Below are positions 54,234-63,071 of a DNA stretch of 64,000 nt, piece after piece. Both the position numbers and the translations under genes were made by a program. The notes beneath the pieces are model-generated. The model did no database searches. It had not been told where the DNA came from and saw only the letters and a list, made by a program, of their open reading frames with translations. Origin of the DNA: a virus (lineage: Duplodnaviria; Heunggongvirae; Uroviricota; Caudoviricetes); the IMG/VR virus record IMGVR_UViG_3300035034_002090, positions 109,238-173,237 of that record; one strand, written 5' to 3'. Positions within the stretch are counted from its first letter, which is position 1. Each line of letters begins with the position of its first letter.

Positions 54234-54309
54234 TGGCTTTCACTTTTTGAATTTACTGTGATCCGGTGACACCATTCAAAAGTCGGCGTCAGTCTGGCCA
54301 CACACTCTC

Positions 54310-54969
54310 ATGGGCAGCAAAATGAACCTTCTTGAAGAAATCGATTTAGCGCTCAAAGAGTCAACTGAGTTCAACCTCAGGCTCGGCGGTCGAGTGGTCC
54401 CAGATGCCTTCCTAGACCGGGGCCTTATCGAGCCCACTAAGAAGGCTCACAAGTCGACGCCATCCAGAGGTAAGAGCTGGGCTTGGCGCGTGGTGGCAGA
54501 CTTCGAGAAAGCCATCCAGCGTCAGTTCTACCGGGCTATTGACTCGATGCAGTCGTCAGAGCCAAGCATTGACGATGCGAACAAATCATTGGTAGCAAAA
54601 GTCGTCTTGAGGGCGGATTGGGATAGTGTTGCCAAGGGTGTGTTCACACAGCTAAGAGGTAGCAAGAAGGTCCGAATCAAAAAGGACCCGTTCACAAGCG
54701 CAATGAGCAATCATCAGCTTCAGACAGCCGTAGCTAATGAAGTAGACCAGCGGGTTAACCCCACTAAGCTGATCAACTCCAAGGGCGGTTTCAAGGCGAT
54801 CTTGGAGGGCTTGGAAGAAAAGGATAGAAGCAGGCTTGCCAGCTATCTTCTTACCGAAGGCTTCGAAGTAGGCGTTCTGACCACTCACGTGTACAGCGAT
54901 GGCAAGAATCTCGTACTGGACATGGAGCTTACCTTCAAGCAGGCTGGAGGCGTGCAATCGAATGCATAG
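54310..54969 (+). CDS. leader-motif family protein
   Basis: N-terminal MNLLEEIDLALKEST; otherwise no recognised domain. Confidence 0.45.
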   Translation: MGSKMNLLEEIDLALKESTEFNLRLGGRVVPDAFLDRGLIEPTKKAHKSTPSRGKSWAWRVVADFEKAIQRQFYRAIDSMQSSEPSIDDANKSLVAKVVLRADWDSVAKGVFTQLRGSKKVRIKKDPFTSAMSNHQLQTAVANEVDQRVNPTKLINSKGGFKAILEGLEEKDRSRLASYLLTEGFEVGVLTTHVYSDGKNLVLDMELTFKQAGGVQSNA

Positions 54970-55057
54970 ATACGTCGCGGTCTAATAAATCTATCTGAGC
55001 GAGGGTTAGATGTTCGGTTTTTTCAGGAGATTAAGGCGATTTCGGCAATGGTCTTCG

Positions 55058-55267
55058 ATGACAGACTGTGAGAAGGAAATCATAAGGGCTCTTCAGGGCC
55101 GCCTAGCCGGAGGCGTCTATTTTGTGGAGATGTCCGCCCTGCTGCAAGACTACTCCGATGAAGCCTTGGCTAAAAATCTCATAAAGTTAAAAGGAAAGGG
55201 GTTGGTCAAGTGGGATAAAGACGAAGAGGTTTATTATAGCTTCGTGCAGCTAGATCAATTGGATTAG
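55058..55267 (+). CDS. small winged-helix-like DNA-binding protein
   Basis: MTDCEKEIIRALQGRLAGGVYFVEMSALLQ...LIKLKGKGLVKWD; ORF track starts at 55010. Confidence 0.35.
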   Translation: MTDCEKEIIRALQGRLAGGVYFVEMSALLQDYSDEALAKNLIKLKGKGLVKWDKDEEVYYSFVQLDQLD

Positions 55268-55315
55268 CCTTTGACAAGTATCCTTACAAGAGCGTAGCTT
55301 TGGCCGGAAGGATCT

Positions 55316-57460
55316 TTGGAGATCCTACAAGGAAGTAACAGGGACGTATTCAGCCAAAGCGAGGACATTATGACCACGGGAACAAACACCGTGGAAGATA
55401 AACCACTAAGTGTAGAGGGCGTCCTAGGCCCCGGTGGTATTCTTTCAAAAGCAATGAAGGGTTACGAGTATCGTCATCAGCAGCTCAAGATGGCTCATGG
55501 AGTAGACAAAGCCATCGAAAAGCGTGGTGTCTATGTTGTCGAGGCGGCAACAGGCACAGGTAAGACGATGGCTTATCTTATTCCGGCGATCCTGTCCGGG
55601 AAGCAAGTCGTCATCAGCACGGGAACAAAGGCACTTCAAGACCAAATCATCAACAAAGATATTCCATTTCTTCGAAAGCACTTGCCGGTAGACTTCAAAG
55701 CTACCGTCTTGAAGGGGTGGTCAAACTACCTCTGTAAGAAAGAATTCGTCGACTACGAGGCCACCGGCGCGCAGCAAACGATCGCCAGTGATGGCAAAGA
55801 CCCCTACGAGGACATCGTAGCTTGGGCGAATTCAACTCGATCCGGTGACAAGTCCGAGCTTTCGACTGTATCGGAGAGACACGAAGTCTGGTCTGATCTT
55901 ACCGTTTCCACGGACATGTGCGCTGGCAAGAAGTGCCCCTATTTCAAGGAGTGCTTTGCGGTTCAGGCGAAGGAGCGTGCTCGCAAGTCTGAGGTGGTTA
56001 TCGTCAACCATCATCTCTTGCTCCTAGATCTCTATCACGGCGGCATGGTTATCCCTGTCGCGCCTGATCTGGTCGTCTTTGACGAGGCGCATCACTTAGA
56101 GGATGTGGCAACCTCGGCATTCAGCGAGGAATTCTCTTCTCAGTCCTGTCAGTCCATCCAGAAGCTTATCCTCAAGAAGTTCAAGGACGCAGGCGTCAAC
56201 ACCGAGGGTCTTCATGGCTCTATTGGCCTGATTAACGGTCTGGTCAACAAAGCATCAGAGATTCTTGAGATGATGGGCCGCAGGACTGGAGATAAACGAC
56301 TCAACGCCAAGTTCGCGCTCCGGTCGATGGATCCAGTTGTTCGAAAGGATATGTTCAACCTCGTCAAAGACTTCGAGAGCGACATCGAATCTGTGGCCAA
56401 CAGGGTGGCCCGGGAGACCATGCTGGATTCAGATGATAGGCAACAGCTGACGAGGAAGCTGGATTCGCTTGAGAACTCACTGAAAATATGCCTGCTCAGC
56501 GACGATGACGCCTATGCGAGGACCTTCGATAACACCGATGAGTCGAAGCGTAAGCTGATTGCTTCGCCGGTGGATGTCTCAGCGTTCTTTCAGCGATACG
56601 TGCTCGATATGGAGGCCGTGACGAAGGCTTCGGAAAAAGACTCACCCGGGGACGAAGAGGAACGCCCGGATAACTGGACAGAAGCAATCGTCATGACGTC
56701 TGCGACATTGGCCGCAGGCAAAGGTGGCGTTGATAAATTCTGTGGCCAGCTCGGCCTCAGCAACCAGTATTTTCATCAGAACAAAAGACTGGCTTTTGCT
56801 GAGGTGCTCCCAGAGGTCTTCGACTACGAGCATAACTGTGCCCTGTATATCCCGACCGACAAAGGGTTCCCGACCCCCAAGCAAGAAGAGTTCGTGCAGC
56901 ACGCGGCGACTCGGATGCGAGAGATGGTAGAGCGAATGGAGGGAAGGGCCTTCCTTCTCTTCACAAGCTATCGCAACATGAACGCCGTCTACGAAGCCAT
57001 CGGCTACACATTGTCGAAGTCCTTCACGGTCATGAAGCAGGGCCAGTACCCTAAGGGGGAGATCGTCAAGCGGTTCAAGGCGGACCCCTCGTCGGTGCTG
57101 TTTGCGACGGCGTCATTTTGGGAAGGTGTTGATATTCCCGGGGAATCTCTGTCACTGGTTGTGATGGACAAACTGCCGTTTCCGAACTATACAGATCCTC
57201 TGGTGGAGGCTCGATCGGAGATGTATGAGACGAGGGGCCAGAACTCCTTTTACGATTACATGCTGCCGAAAGCCGCCATCTCACTTAAACAGGGCTTTGG
57301 TCGTTTGATCAGAAACAAGACCGACAAAGGTATTGTGGCTGTTCTCGACCGGCGCATCGCTGAGGCTAGGTACGGGAAATTCCTTCTCTCAAGCCTTCCG
57401 CCTGCCGTTCGGTACAATAACTTGGACGGCCTTTTCGATTGGTGGAAGAGGCAGCAATGA
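55316..57460 (+). CDS. dinG: ATP-dependent DNA helicase, DinG/Rad3 (XPD) family with Fe-S domain
   Basis: Walker A AATGTGKT, DEAH box VFDEAHHLED, four-Cys Fe-S cluster insert (C..C..C...C around 55740-55950), C-terminal helicase motifs (...GFGRLIR). Confidence 0.8.
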   Translation: MEILQGSNRDVFSQSEDIMTTGTNTVEDKPLSVEGVLGPGGILSKAMKGYEYRHQQLKMAHGVDKAIEKRGVYVVEAATGTGKTMAYLIPAILSGKQVVISTGTKALQDQIINKDIPFLRKHLPVDFKATVLKGWSNYLCKKEFVDYEATGAQQTIASDGKDPYEDIVAWANSTRSGDKSELSTVSERHEVWSDLTVSTDMCAGKKCPYFKECFAVQAKERARKSEVVIVNHHLLLLDLYHGGMVIPVAPDLVVFDEAHHLEDVATSAFSEEFSSQSCQSIQKLILKKFKDAGVNTEGLHGSIGLINGLVNKASEILEMMGRRTGDKRLNAKFALRSMDPVVRKDMFNLVKDFESDIESVANRVARETMLDSDDRQQLTRKLDSLENSLKICLLSDDDAYARTFDNTDESKRKLIASPVDVSAFFQRYVLDMEAVTKASEKDSPGDEEERPDNWTEAIVMTSATLAAGKGGVDKFCGQLGLSNQYFHQNKRLAFAEVLPEVFDYEHNCALYIPTDKGFPTPKQEEFVQHAATRMREMVERMEGRAFLLFTSYRNMNAVYEAIGYTLSKSFTVMKQGQYPKGEIVKRFKADPSSVLFATASFWEGVDIPGESLSLVVMDKLPFPNYTDPLVEARSEMYETRGQNSFYDYMLPKAAISLKQGFGRLIRNKTDKGIVAVLDRRIAEARYGKFLLSSLPPAVRYNNLDGLFDWWKRQQ

Positions 57461-57610
57461 AACTCAGATGCGATGCAGGTATGCGGGGGAGTAATGATGA
57501 ATGGAAGGTGTCATTTGGATTATCTTCCGTGAGCCAACAGCTCACATTGTCCGTGGTGCATTCGTGCGACGAGACAAGGAGCAGTACCCGACAGGGAGGT
57601 CAGTAGACCC

Positions 57611-57796
57611 ATGTTGACTTTGACGAGAAAAGTAGGCGAGAAAATTCGAATCGGCGACGACATTACCATTGTTGTCAAAGAGATCCGTCGCAATCAGATC
57701 CGTATCGGGATCGACGCCCCTCGCGAGGTCCCCATCTACCGCGAGGAACTGTACATCGAGATGCATGATCTGGATGACGAGGACACGAACAGCTAG
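57611..57796 (+). CDS. csrA: carbon storage regulator CsrA/RsmA homolog
   Basis: [47 protein letters not shown]: near-canonical CsrA sequence including GxxxRIGI.AP.E..IxR.E. Confidence 0.9.
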   Translation: MLTLTRKVGEKIRIGDDITIVVKEIRRNQIRIGIDAPREVPIYREELYIEMHDLDDEDTNS

Positions 57797-57975
57797 ATAA
57801 TACGGGCATCGGCGCTCCACTGGTAAAGATCACGAATCCTTTGAATCCTGAAAGATCCAAGGGTAGCTTGGTGATGCAGTAATCGAATCACCATGAACGA
57901 GTGGGTGCCGATGCTCGACACACATAAAATCCAGCCCCGGCTCCCCACCTGTTACTCCACCTTCGGAGAAAGCCG

Positions 57976-59244
57976 TTGAAAACGTACGTTCTGGATACCA
58001 GCGTCCTTCTTTATGATCCTAATTGTCTTTTGAGTTTTGAAGACAATGAGATTGTCCTGCCACTAAAAGTCATCGAAGAACTCGACAGCTTCAAGGATGG
58101 CGAGCAATCTATCCACAGAAATGCCAGAGAAGTTATCAGGCAGATCGACACTTACCGTCAGAAAGGTAAGCTCCTAGAAGGTGTAGAGCTTGAAAGTGGT
58201 GGTAGGATTAGATCTGTAAGTGATGATAAACATAGGTCCGGCGTCGACGCCGATACTGTCATCATTCTATCCGCTCGCGAACAAGAGGGCACGATTGTCT
58301 CCAAAGACCTCAACATGCGAATCAGAGCCGAGACGATGGGCGTCGATGCGCAGGATTATGAGGCTGACAAGTCTGAGCTGAGAGAGTCTGTAGAGGCTAG
58401 GAACATATACATCAGTGAAGAGGATAAGAGAGACCTCTTTAATCACGATGAGGGCATCTACATTGAGGGAATGGCCGTCAACGAGCACGCTGTCGGCACT
58501 GTGAATGGACAAGATTCAGTTCTGATGCGGCACCATGCCGATGGTCTGTGCAGACGCGCCAATATTCAAAGGGACGTCTATTCGATCGGACCTAGGAACA
58601 AAGAGCAGAATTTTGCGCTTGATGTCCTTCTGGATCCGGATGTTAAGCTAATTGTCCTCACCGGCCAAGCAGGCACCGGAAAAACACTCATATCGTTGGC
58701 TGCCGGTTTACAGCAAACCGTGAACCAAAAGGTGTATGACAAGGTTGTTGTTGCCAGACCTATTGTCCCCATGGGCAGGGACCTTGGATACCTACCGGGA
58801 ACGGTGTCTGAGAAGATGGAGCCTTGGATGAAGCCCATTAAGGACAACATCGACTACCTCACAAGGGGCGGCCAAGGAGATGGCCCTAAGGGCGGACCCA
58901 AGCGCTCAGGCGGTTACGAAGACCTCCATGCCTTCGGCTGGATCGAGGTCGAACCACTGGCTTATATCAGGGGCCGGTCGCTGCCGGGTCAGTTCCTTAT
59001 CATCGATGAAGCTCAAAACCTCACGCCCCACGAGGTTAAAACGATCATCACGCGTGCCGGAGAGGGTACAAAGATTGTTCTCACCGGTGACACCGAGCAG
59101 ATCGACAGCCCTTACCTCAATCGTTACTCCAACGCCTTGGCGTATGTGGAGAACCGCATGGACGGCGAGCCCATATTCGCCTCAGTACGCCTCAACAAGG
59201 GTGAGCGAAGCGAGCTTGCGGAGCTTGCCGCAAAAATGCTCTGA
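57976..59244 (+). CDS. phoH: PhoH2-like protein (N-terminal PIN domain plus PhoH ATPase)
   Basis: N-terminal PIN-like YVLDTSVLL; Walker A GQAGTGKT; PhoH signatures; DEAQN Walker B. Confidence 0.85.
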   Translation: MKTYVLDTSVLLYDPNCLLSFEDNEIVLPLKVIEELDSFKDGEQSIHRNAREVIRQIDTYRQKGKLLEGVELESGGRIRSVSDDKHRSGVDADTVIILSAREQEGTIVSKDLNMRIRAETMGVDAQDYEADKSELRESVEARNIYISEEDKRDLFNHDEGIYIEGMAVNEHAVGTVNGQDSVLMRHHADGLCRRANIQRDVYSIGPRNKEQNFALDVLLDPDVKLIVLTGQAGTGKTLISLAAGLQQTVNQKVYDKVVVARPIVPMGRDLGYLPGTVSEKMEPWMKPIKDNIDYLTRGGQGDGPKGGPKRSGGYEDLHAFGWIEVEPLAYIRGRSLPGQFLIIDEAQNLTPHEVKTIITRAGEGTKIVLTGDTEQIDSPYLNRYSNALAYVENRMDGEPIFASVRLNKGERSELAELAAKML

Positions 59245-59252
59245 TTAAGCAT

Positions 59253-59277
59253 AGGGGGCTTAGGCCCCCTTCTTTTC
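59253..59277 (+). terminator. rho-independent terminator
   Basis: AGGGGGCTTAGGCCCCCT followed by TCTTTTC. Confidence 0.65.
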
Positions 59278-59340
59278 TGGAATGTGTTCGGTTGTGGTGT
59301 AGATTGTTGCTGTGTCAAAACGCTGCTGCCGGTGGTCTAA

Positions 59341-60303
59341 ATGAAGAAGCTCCTAGAAAATATAGATGTTCTCCTTGAGGACTCCTTCGATGCCTCCGAT
59401 GTGCCGAGTGATTTCTACATGGTGTTCTACCTCGATCCCGGGAGGAAGAGCGATAGGCTTGAGCAGCTCGCCAAGGGTAAGCTAGAAGGGGTCAAGGGCA
59501 TCAGCGGCAGCAGCATGATCGTGATCGACTTCCTACCCAACGGCAGGAACGCTATTTTGAAAATGGATGGCGACACCGTGGTTAAGAGGAACCCGATCTC
59601 CCGGGTGATGTACAGCAACCATCACTACCTGATGAGCAATGACATGTTCGCCATCAGGCGTCTTTTCAACGTCTCGGCCACTGACCCAAGTTCGGCGAGA
59701 GCCTCGGCTATCATCACCATTCTTCACGACTTCACGCGTGAATATAAAAACGACTACCACTCCCGAGAGGGAAAGGTTGCGTTTTATGTCAAGACCGAGA
59801 TGTGGAGGATCAAGAAAGAGCTGAAAAAAGAGTCCGAGCCAGTCAACTCAGTTCGTGAGATGGCCAAGCTGATACACCGAGTCACCGAGTATCTATCGGC
59901 CAGCAAAGGTGGTCTTGATTTTGACGTCAGGGATTGGGAAAAGCACCTTCACAAGGCGATTAAGGATATAGGCAGGGACTACGCCAAAGAGGCCGAGTGG
60001 ATCCTCAAAGACGAGACTCTCATCGTACCCAAAGGCTCCACGCTCATGATCGGGCTATCTAACTACACTGATAAGGTCGAGGCGCTTTATCAGGAGTGGA
60101 AGGAACTCAAGGGCTCATCGAAAGGCCCAGAGGACATCGACTCCGACCGGATGCTTCAGCTCGCCAGCCATAAGTATTGGTTTGAGAAGCGAGAAGCAAT
60201 GGATGCCGCCATCGATGATTACGGACTGGACAGGCGATACCGTATCAGGTTTGTCGACATCGAATCGATTAAGCGAGCACAAGAAAAGGTCAGGGGTTGG
60301 TGA
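59341..60303 (+). CDS. leader-motif family protein (paralog of 26707-27642)
   Basis: N-terminal MKKLLENIDVLLEDS; shared GKLEGVKGISGS block. Confidence 0.5.
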   Translation: MKKLLENIDVLLEDSFDASDVPSDFYMVFYLDPGRKSDRLEQLAKGKLEGVKGISGSSMIVIDFLPNGRNAILKMDGDTVVKRNPISRVMYSNHHYLMSNDMFAIRRLFNVSATDPSSARASAIITILHDFTREYKNDYHSREGKVAFYVKTEMWRIKKELKKESEPVNSVREMAKLIHRVTEYLSASKGGLDFDVRDWEKHLHKAIKDIGRDYAKEAEWILKDETLIVPKGSTLMIGLSNYTDKVEALYQEWKELKGSSKGPEDIDSDRMLQLASHKYWFEKREAMDAAIDDYGLDRRYRIRFVDIESIKRAQEKVRGW

Positions 60304-61393
60304 TATGCAGAGACTAGAGGAAGCCACATCGAGGCTGATGTATCATGGGACGAGCACTAGGTTCCTGCGATCAATCCTGAAGAAGGGCCTTGTTCCGAAC
60401 CCTAAGAAGCAACGTTGGGGCAAGGATATGGATAGCACCAGACAGAACGTCCAGCCGGTCGCCACGCTGGACGGATACGTGTATCTGGCTAAGAGCGGTT
60501 ACTTGGCAAGAGATATTGCCATAGACGCAGCTAAGAAGTTCGGTGGCCAACCTCTTGTTGCGGTTGCTCAGGTATCGCTGAACTCGCTAGCGGTTGATCA
60601 CGACGATCTCACCGGTCCCGTTAACGATGCCATCTGGTCTATCGCCAAAAAGCGTGCGCCCGGAGACGAAAAGAGCCGAAAGAGCTGGCTTCTTGGTTGG
60701 CTTCTCGGCGTAGAGACCGGCCGTAAGATCGCCGTTGGAGATGAGTTCGGCAAGATACTCAAGGACTACATCGGAGATGATGGGAAGAATCCACTGAAGT
60801 TCAAGAAGGGTCGCGGAGAAGGCGTCAAGCCTTATCTTCCAGCCAAGATTCTCATGATGTATCTGGTGCTAGCGCACCGCAGGCAGGGTAATGAGACCTC
60901 TTTGGTGAAGGGCTATCTCGATGCCCAGCAGGTGTATTGGCCTGATAATGGGTACGACATGGGCTTCCCGGCCAAGGATGAAGAGTGGACGTCAGAGGAC
61001 CGTGAGAATCTCAAGTACGCGATTGAAAAGACCAAGAGGCAATGGCCCAGAAACCTCAGCAAAAGCGATCTCGAAGATGAGTGGAGGGAGACAATTGCTC
61101 ATGTATCAGATCGCCTCAGTGGGGCCTTGGATAGCGAGAGAGGCCGAACTAAAGGGGCGATGATTGATGACCCCCTTAACTACAGGGGCTCGAATCGTAT
61201 CGTTGCTCTAGTCGAGATAAATGGTGAGCCCGGTGAGCAGGTAGCTGTTGTGCATTACAGCTCCCTTGGGCGATCCTCGCTTGAGTCTGCCATTGATAAT
61301 CTAGGCGTATTCTCATCTGTAGAGATGGCCCGCGAGCGTGTGACAGAAAGCCACACGCTCGTCGAACGAATCGAGAGATTCGTATCTAGCTAG
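60304..61393 (+). CDS. ADP-ribosyltransferase-fold (PARP/Tpt1-like) protein
   Basis: LMYHGTSTRFLRSILKKGL (cf. PARP LWHGSRTTNFAGILSQGL) and GYVYLAKSGYLA (cf. GIYFADMVSKSANY); ATG 60304 placed directly after the upstream stop, ORF track starts at 60182. Confidence 0.45.
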
Positions 61394-62763
61394 CCTGTCA
61401 CCTTGATCCGCTCGCCATCGATGATGAGTGTGGCGTCGAGGTTGACGATGTACTTATCTATGCCGATCTGGAGCGCATTCAGCACAGACTTGGGGTCTTT
61501 GGCAGCCATCTCCATGGCTTGCTCTGGGGTGTAGCTCCCGCGCCAGTCGGAGAGTCCATAGGCAACAGCATCTGATGTGGTTCGGATCGTGGAGTTGGTC
61601 AGGGACAAGGTGCCAGACAGTCTAAGTGACGAAGGCATCTTACCGAGTTGGAACTCACAGTTATCAAACCATGATGCCTTGGCGTTTAGCTGGGTATCAT
61701 TGGTGAAGGTCATGCCCTCGAATTCACCGCTCTGAAGCGCAAGTGTCGTCATGCCTTCGATCTTCATCCAGCTAACTTCGTCTGGATCTTGAGAAAGGGC
61801 CAACCTCCTGAACTCATCGTCCTGTAAAGCGCGTTTGATCTGCTCAATATCCTTCTCGGGGGGTCGATAAGCTCGATCCCTTCTGGATCCCATCAGCTTT
61901 TCAATAACGCCCACCTTAGAGGTGTCTCCGAGGTATTCGGCGGCGATCTTATAGGCGACGCTCCGCTCGCCTCTTTTCACCGCCTTGACCTTGTGCTTGA
62001 CCGGGTTCTCTACCACGTCAAGGATCTCTATCTTGTTGCTGGATAGAATGACGCCCTGAGTAGGTTCATTGGGGTGGATAAGGCCCGAGCCCGCATCGAT
62101 TACGCCGTCGATGCCAAGACCCCTAAGAATCTTCGACCACGTCACTGTGGCTTTGCCTGACGTTGCCTCTTCGGCGATGATGCGCGTGATGTTCCATAGC
62201 TTACCAAAGGCTGTCTTGGTTTTTGTGGTATCCATCGCCCATTCGACCTCGAAATCGAAATCATCGAAGTCGTATTTGTGAGCCTTGCGAAGCTTTTCAA
62301 TGTCTCTTTCGAGGTCTGAGTCGGAGTAGTTCTTGGCATCTCCACGGTAGCCTACTTGGATGATCTTGCCCTTGCCCTTGAAGATGTAGCACCACTTGCG
62401 CTCGCCAGCGAACGGCACGTTTCTGGTAGACTCCAGAGAGGCTACGATTTGACGTGTGAGCGGGTATCCGTAGACCCCAGCAGGTGTATTGAAGTCAGTA
62501 CCCGGGTTGATGCCGAGCTTAAATCCTCTCGACCCGCCATTATCGCCACCAATGTTTGAGAAGTGAATCAACACATTCTCATTATTTTGGTGCTGCTTAA
62601 TGGCAGCGATCGGGTCTTTGCCTTCGGCTAAAAATAGATCGATTTCTTCCAGTAGACGCTTTATTTCAATCCTACATACGGGTCGATTGTGTTCTGAGAC
62701 GAGTGTATCTGTGTAGGGGCGGCATTCAAGTTGAATAAAAGGATCCTTGTGTTGACAAGACAT
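61390..62763 (-). CDS. leader-motif family protein (large, minus strand; start uncertain)
   Basis: IKRLLEEIDLFLAEG leader lies ~33 codons downstream of the first ATG; 457-aa ORF. Confidence 0.45.
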   Translation of the reverse strand: MSCQHKDPFIQLECRPYTDTLVSEHNRPVCRIEIKRLLEEIDLFLAEGKDPIAAIKQHQNNENVLIHFSNIGGDNGGSRGFKLGINPGTDFNTPAGVYGYPLTRQIVASLESTRNVPFAGERKWCYIFKGKGKIIQVGYRGDAKNYSDSDLERDIEKLRKAHKYDFDDFDFEVEWAMDTTKTKTAFGKLWNITRIIAEEATSGKATVTWSKILRGLGIDGVIDAGSGLIHPNEPTQGVILSSNKIEILDVVENPVKHKVKAVKRGERSVAYKIAAEYLGDTSKVGVIEKLMGSRRDRAYRPPEKDIEQIKRALQDDEFRRLALSQDPDEVSWMKIEGMTTLALQSGEFEGMTFTNDTQLNAKASWFDNCEFQLGKMPSSLRLSGTLSLTNSTIRTTSDAVAYGLSDWRGSYTPEQAMEMAAKDPKSVLNALQIGIDKYIVNLDATLIIDGERIKVTG

Positions 62764-62779
62764 CCGGGGATAGTATGAT
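62752..62779 (+). promoter_or_regulatory. near-consensus sigma70-type promoter: TTGACA, 16-nt spacer, TATGAT
   Basis: TTGACA 62752-62757, TATGAT 62774-62779; faces the tRNA-Ala and downstream + strand gene, divergent from the 61390-62763 gene. Confidence 0.55.
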
Positions 62780-62986
62780 CCCCGGTGTTGCCAGTGATGG
62801 GCTTGAATTAGGGCTTACTCGGTCTTCATCACGAGAGTATAGCGCGGACGAGAGAGGCGTCTCAGGGTCGTCGGAGAATAGACGGCCTGCCGAGACAGCG
62901 AAGGTTGCGGCACGTGACGCGAATTCGTTGACTCCTTTTTGGGGTCTTATCGGTGTGCAGGTTCGAGCCCTGCCCGCGTTGCTTAC

Positions 62987-63059
62987 GGGGCCGTAGCTCA
63001 ATTGGGAGAGCGCCGCCTTTGCAAGGCGATGGTTGAGGGTTCGAGTCCCTCCGGCTCCA
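62987..63059 (+). tRNA. tRNA-Ala(TGC), second copy
   Basis: identical to 19577-19649 except one stem position (T to C); G3:U70 present. Confidence 0.65.
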
Positions 63060-63071
63060 TTACTCAAACAC

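Noticed and set aside
62901-62986. Possible extra complete tRNA just upstream of the second tRNA-Ala
   Set aside because: Only a T-arm-like GCAGGTTCGAGCCCTGC with a short 3' segment is present. No matching 5' acceptor/D-arm could be found, so it is reported only as a remnant within a finding.
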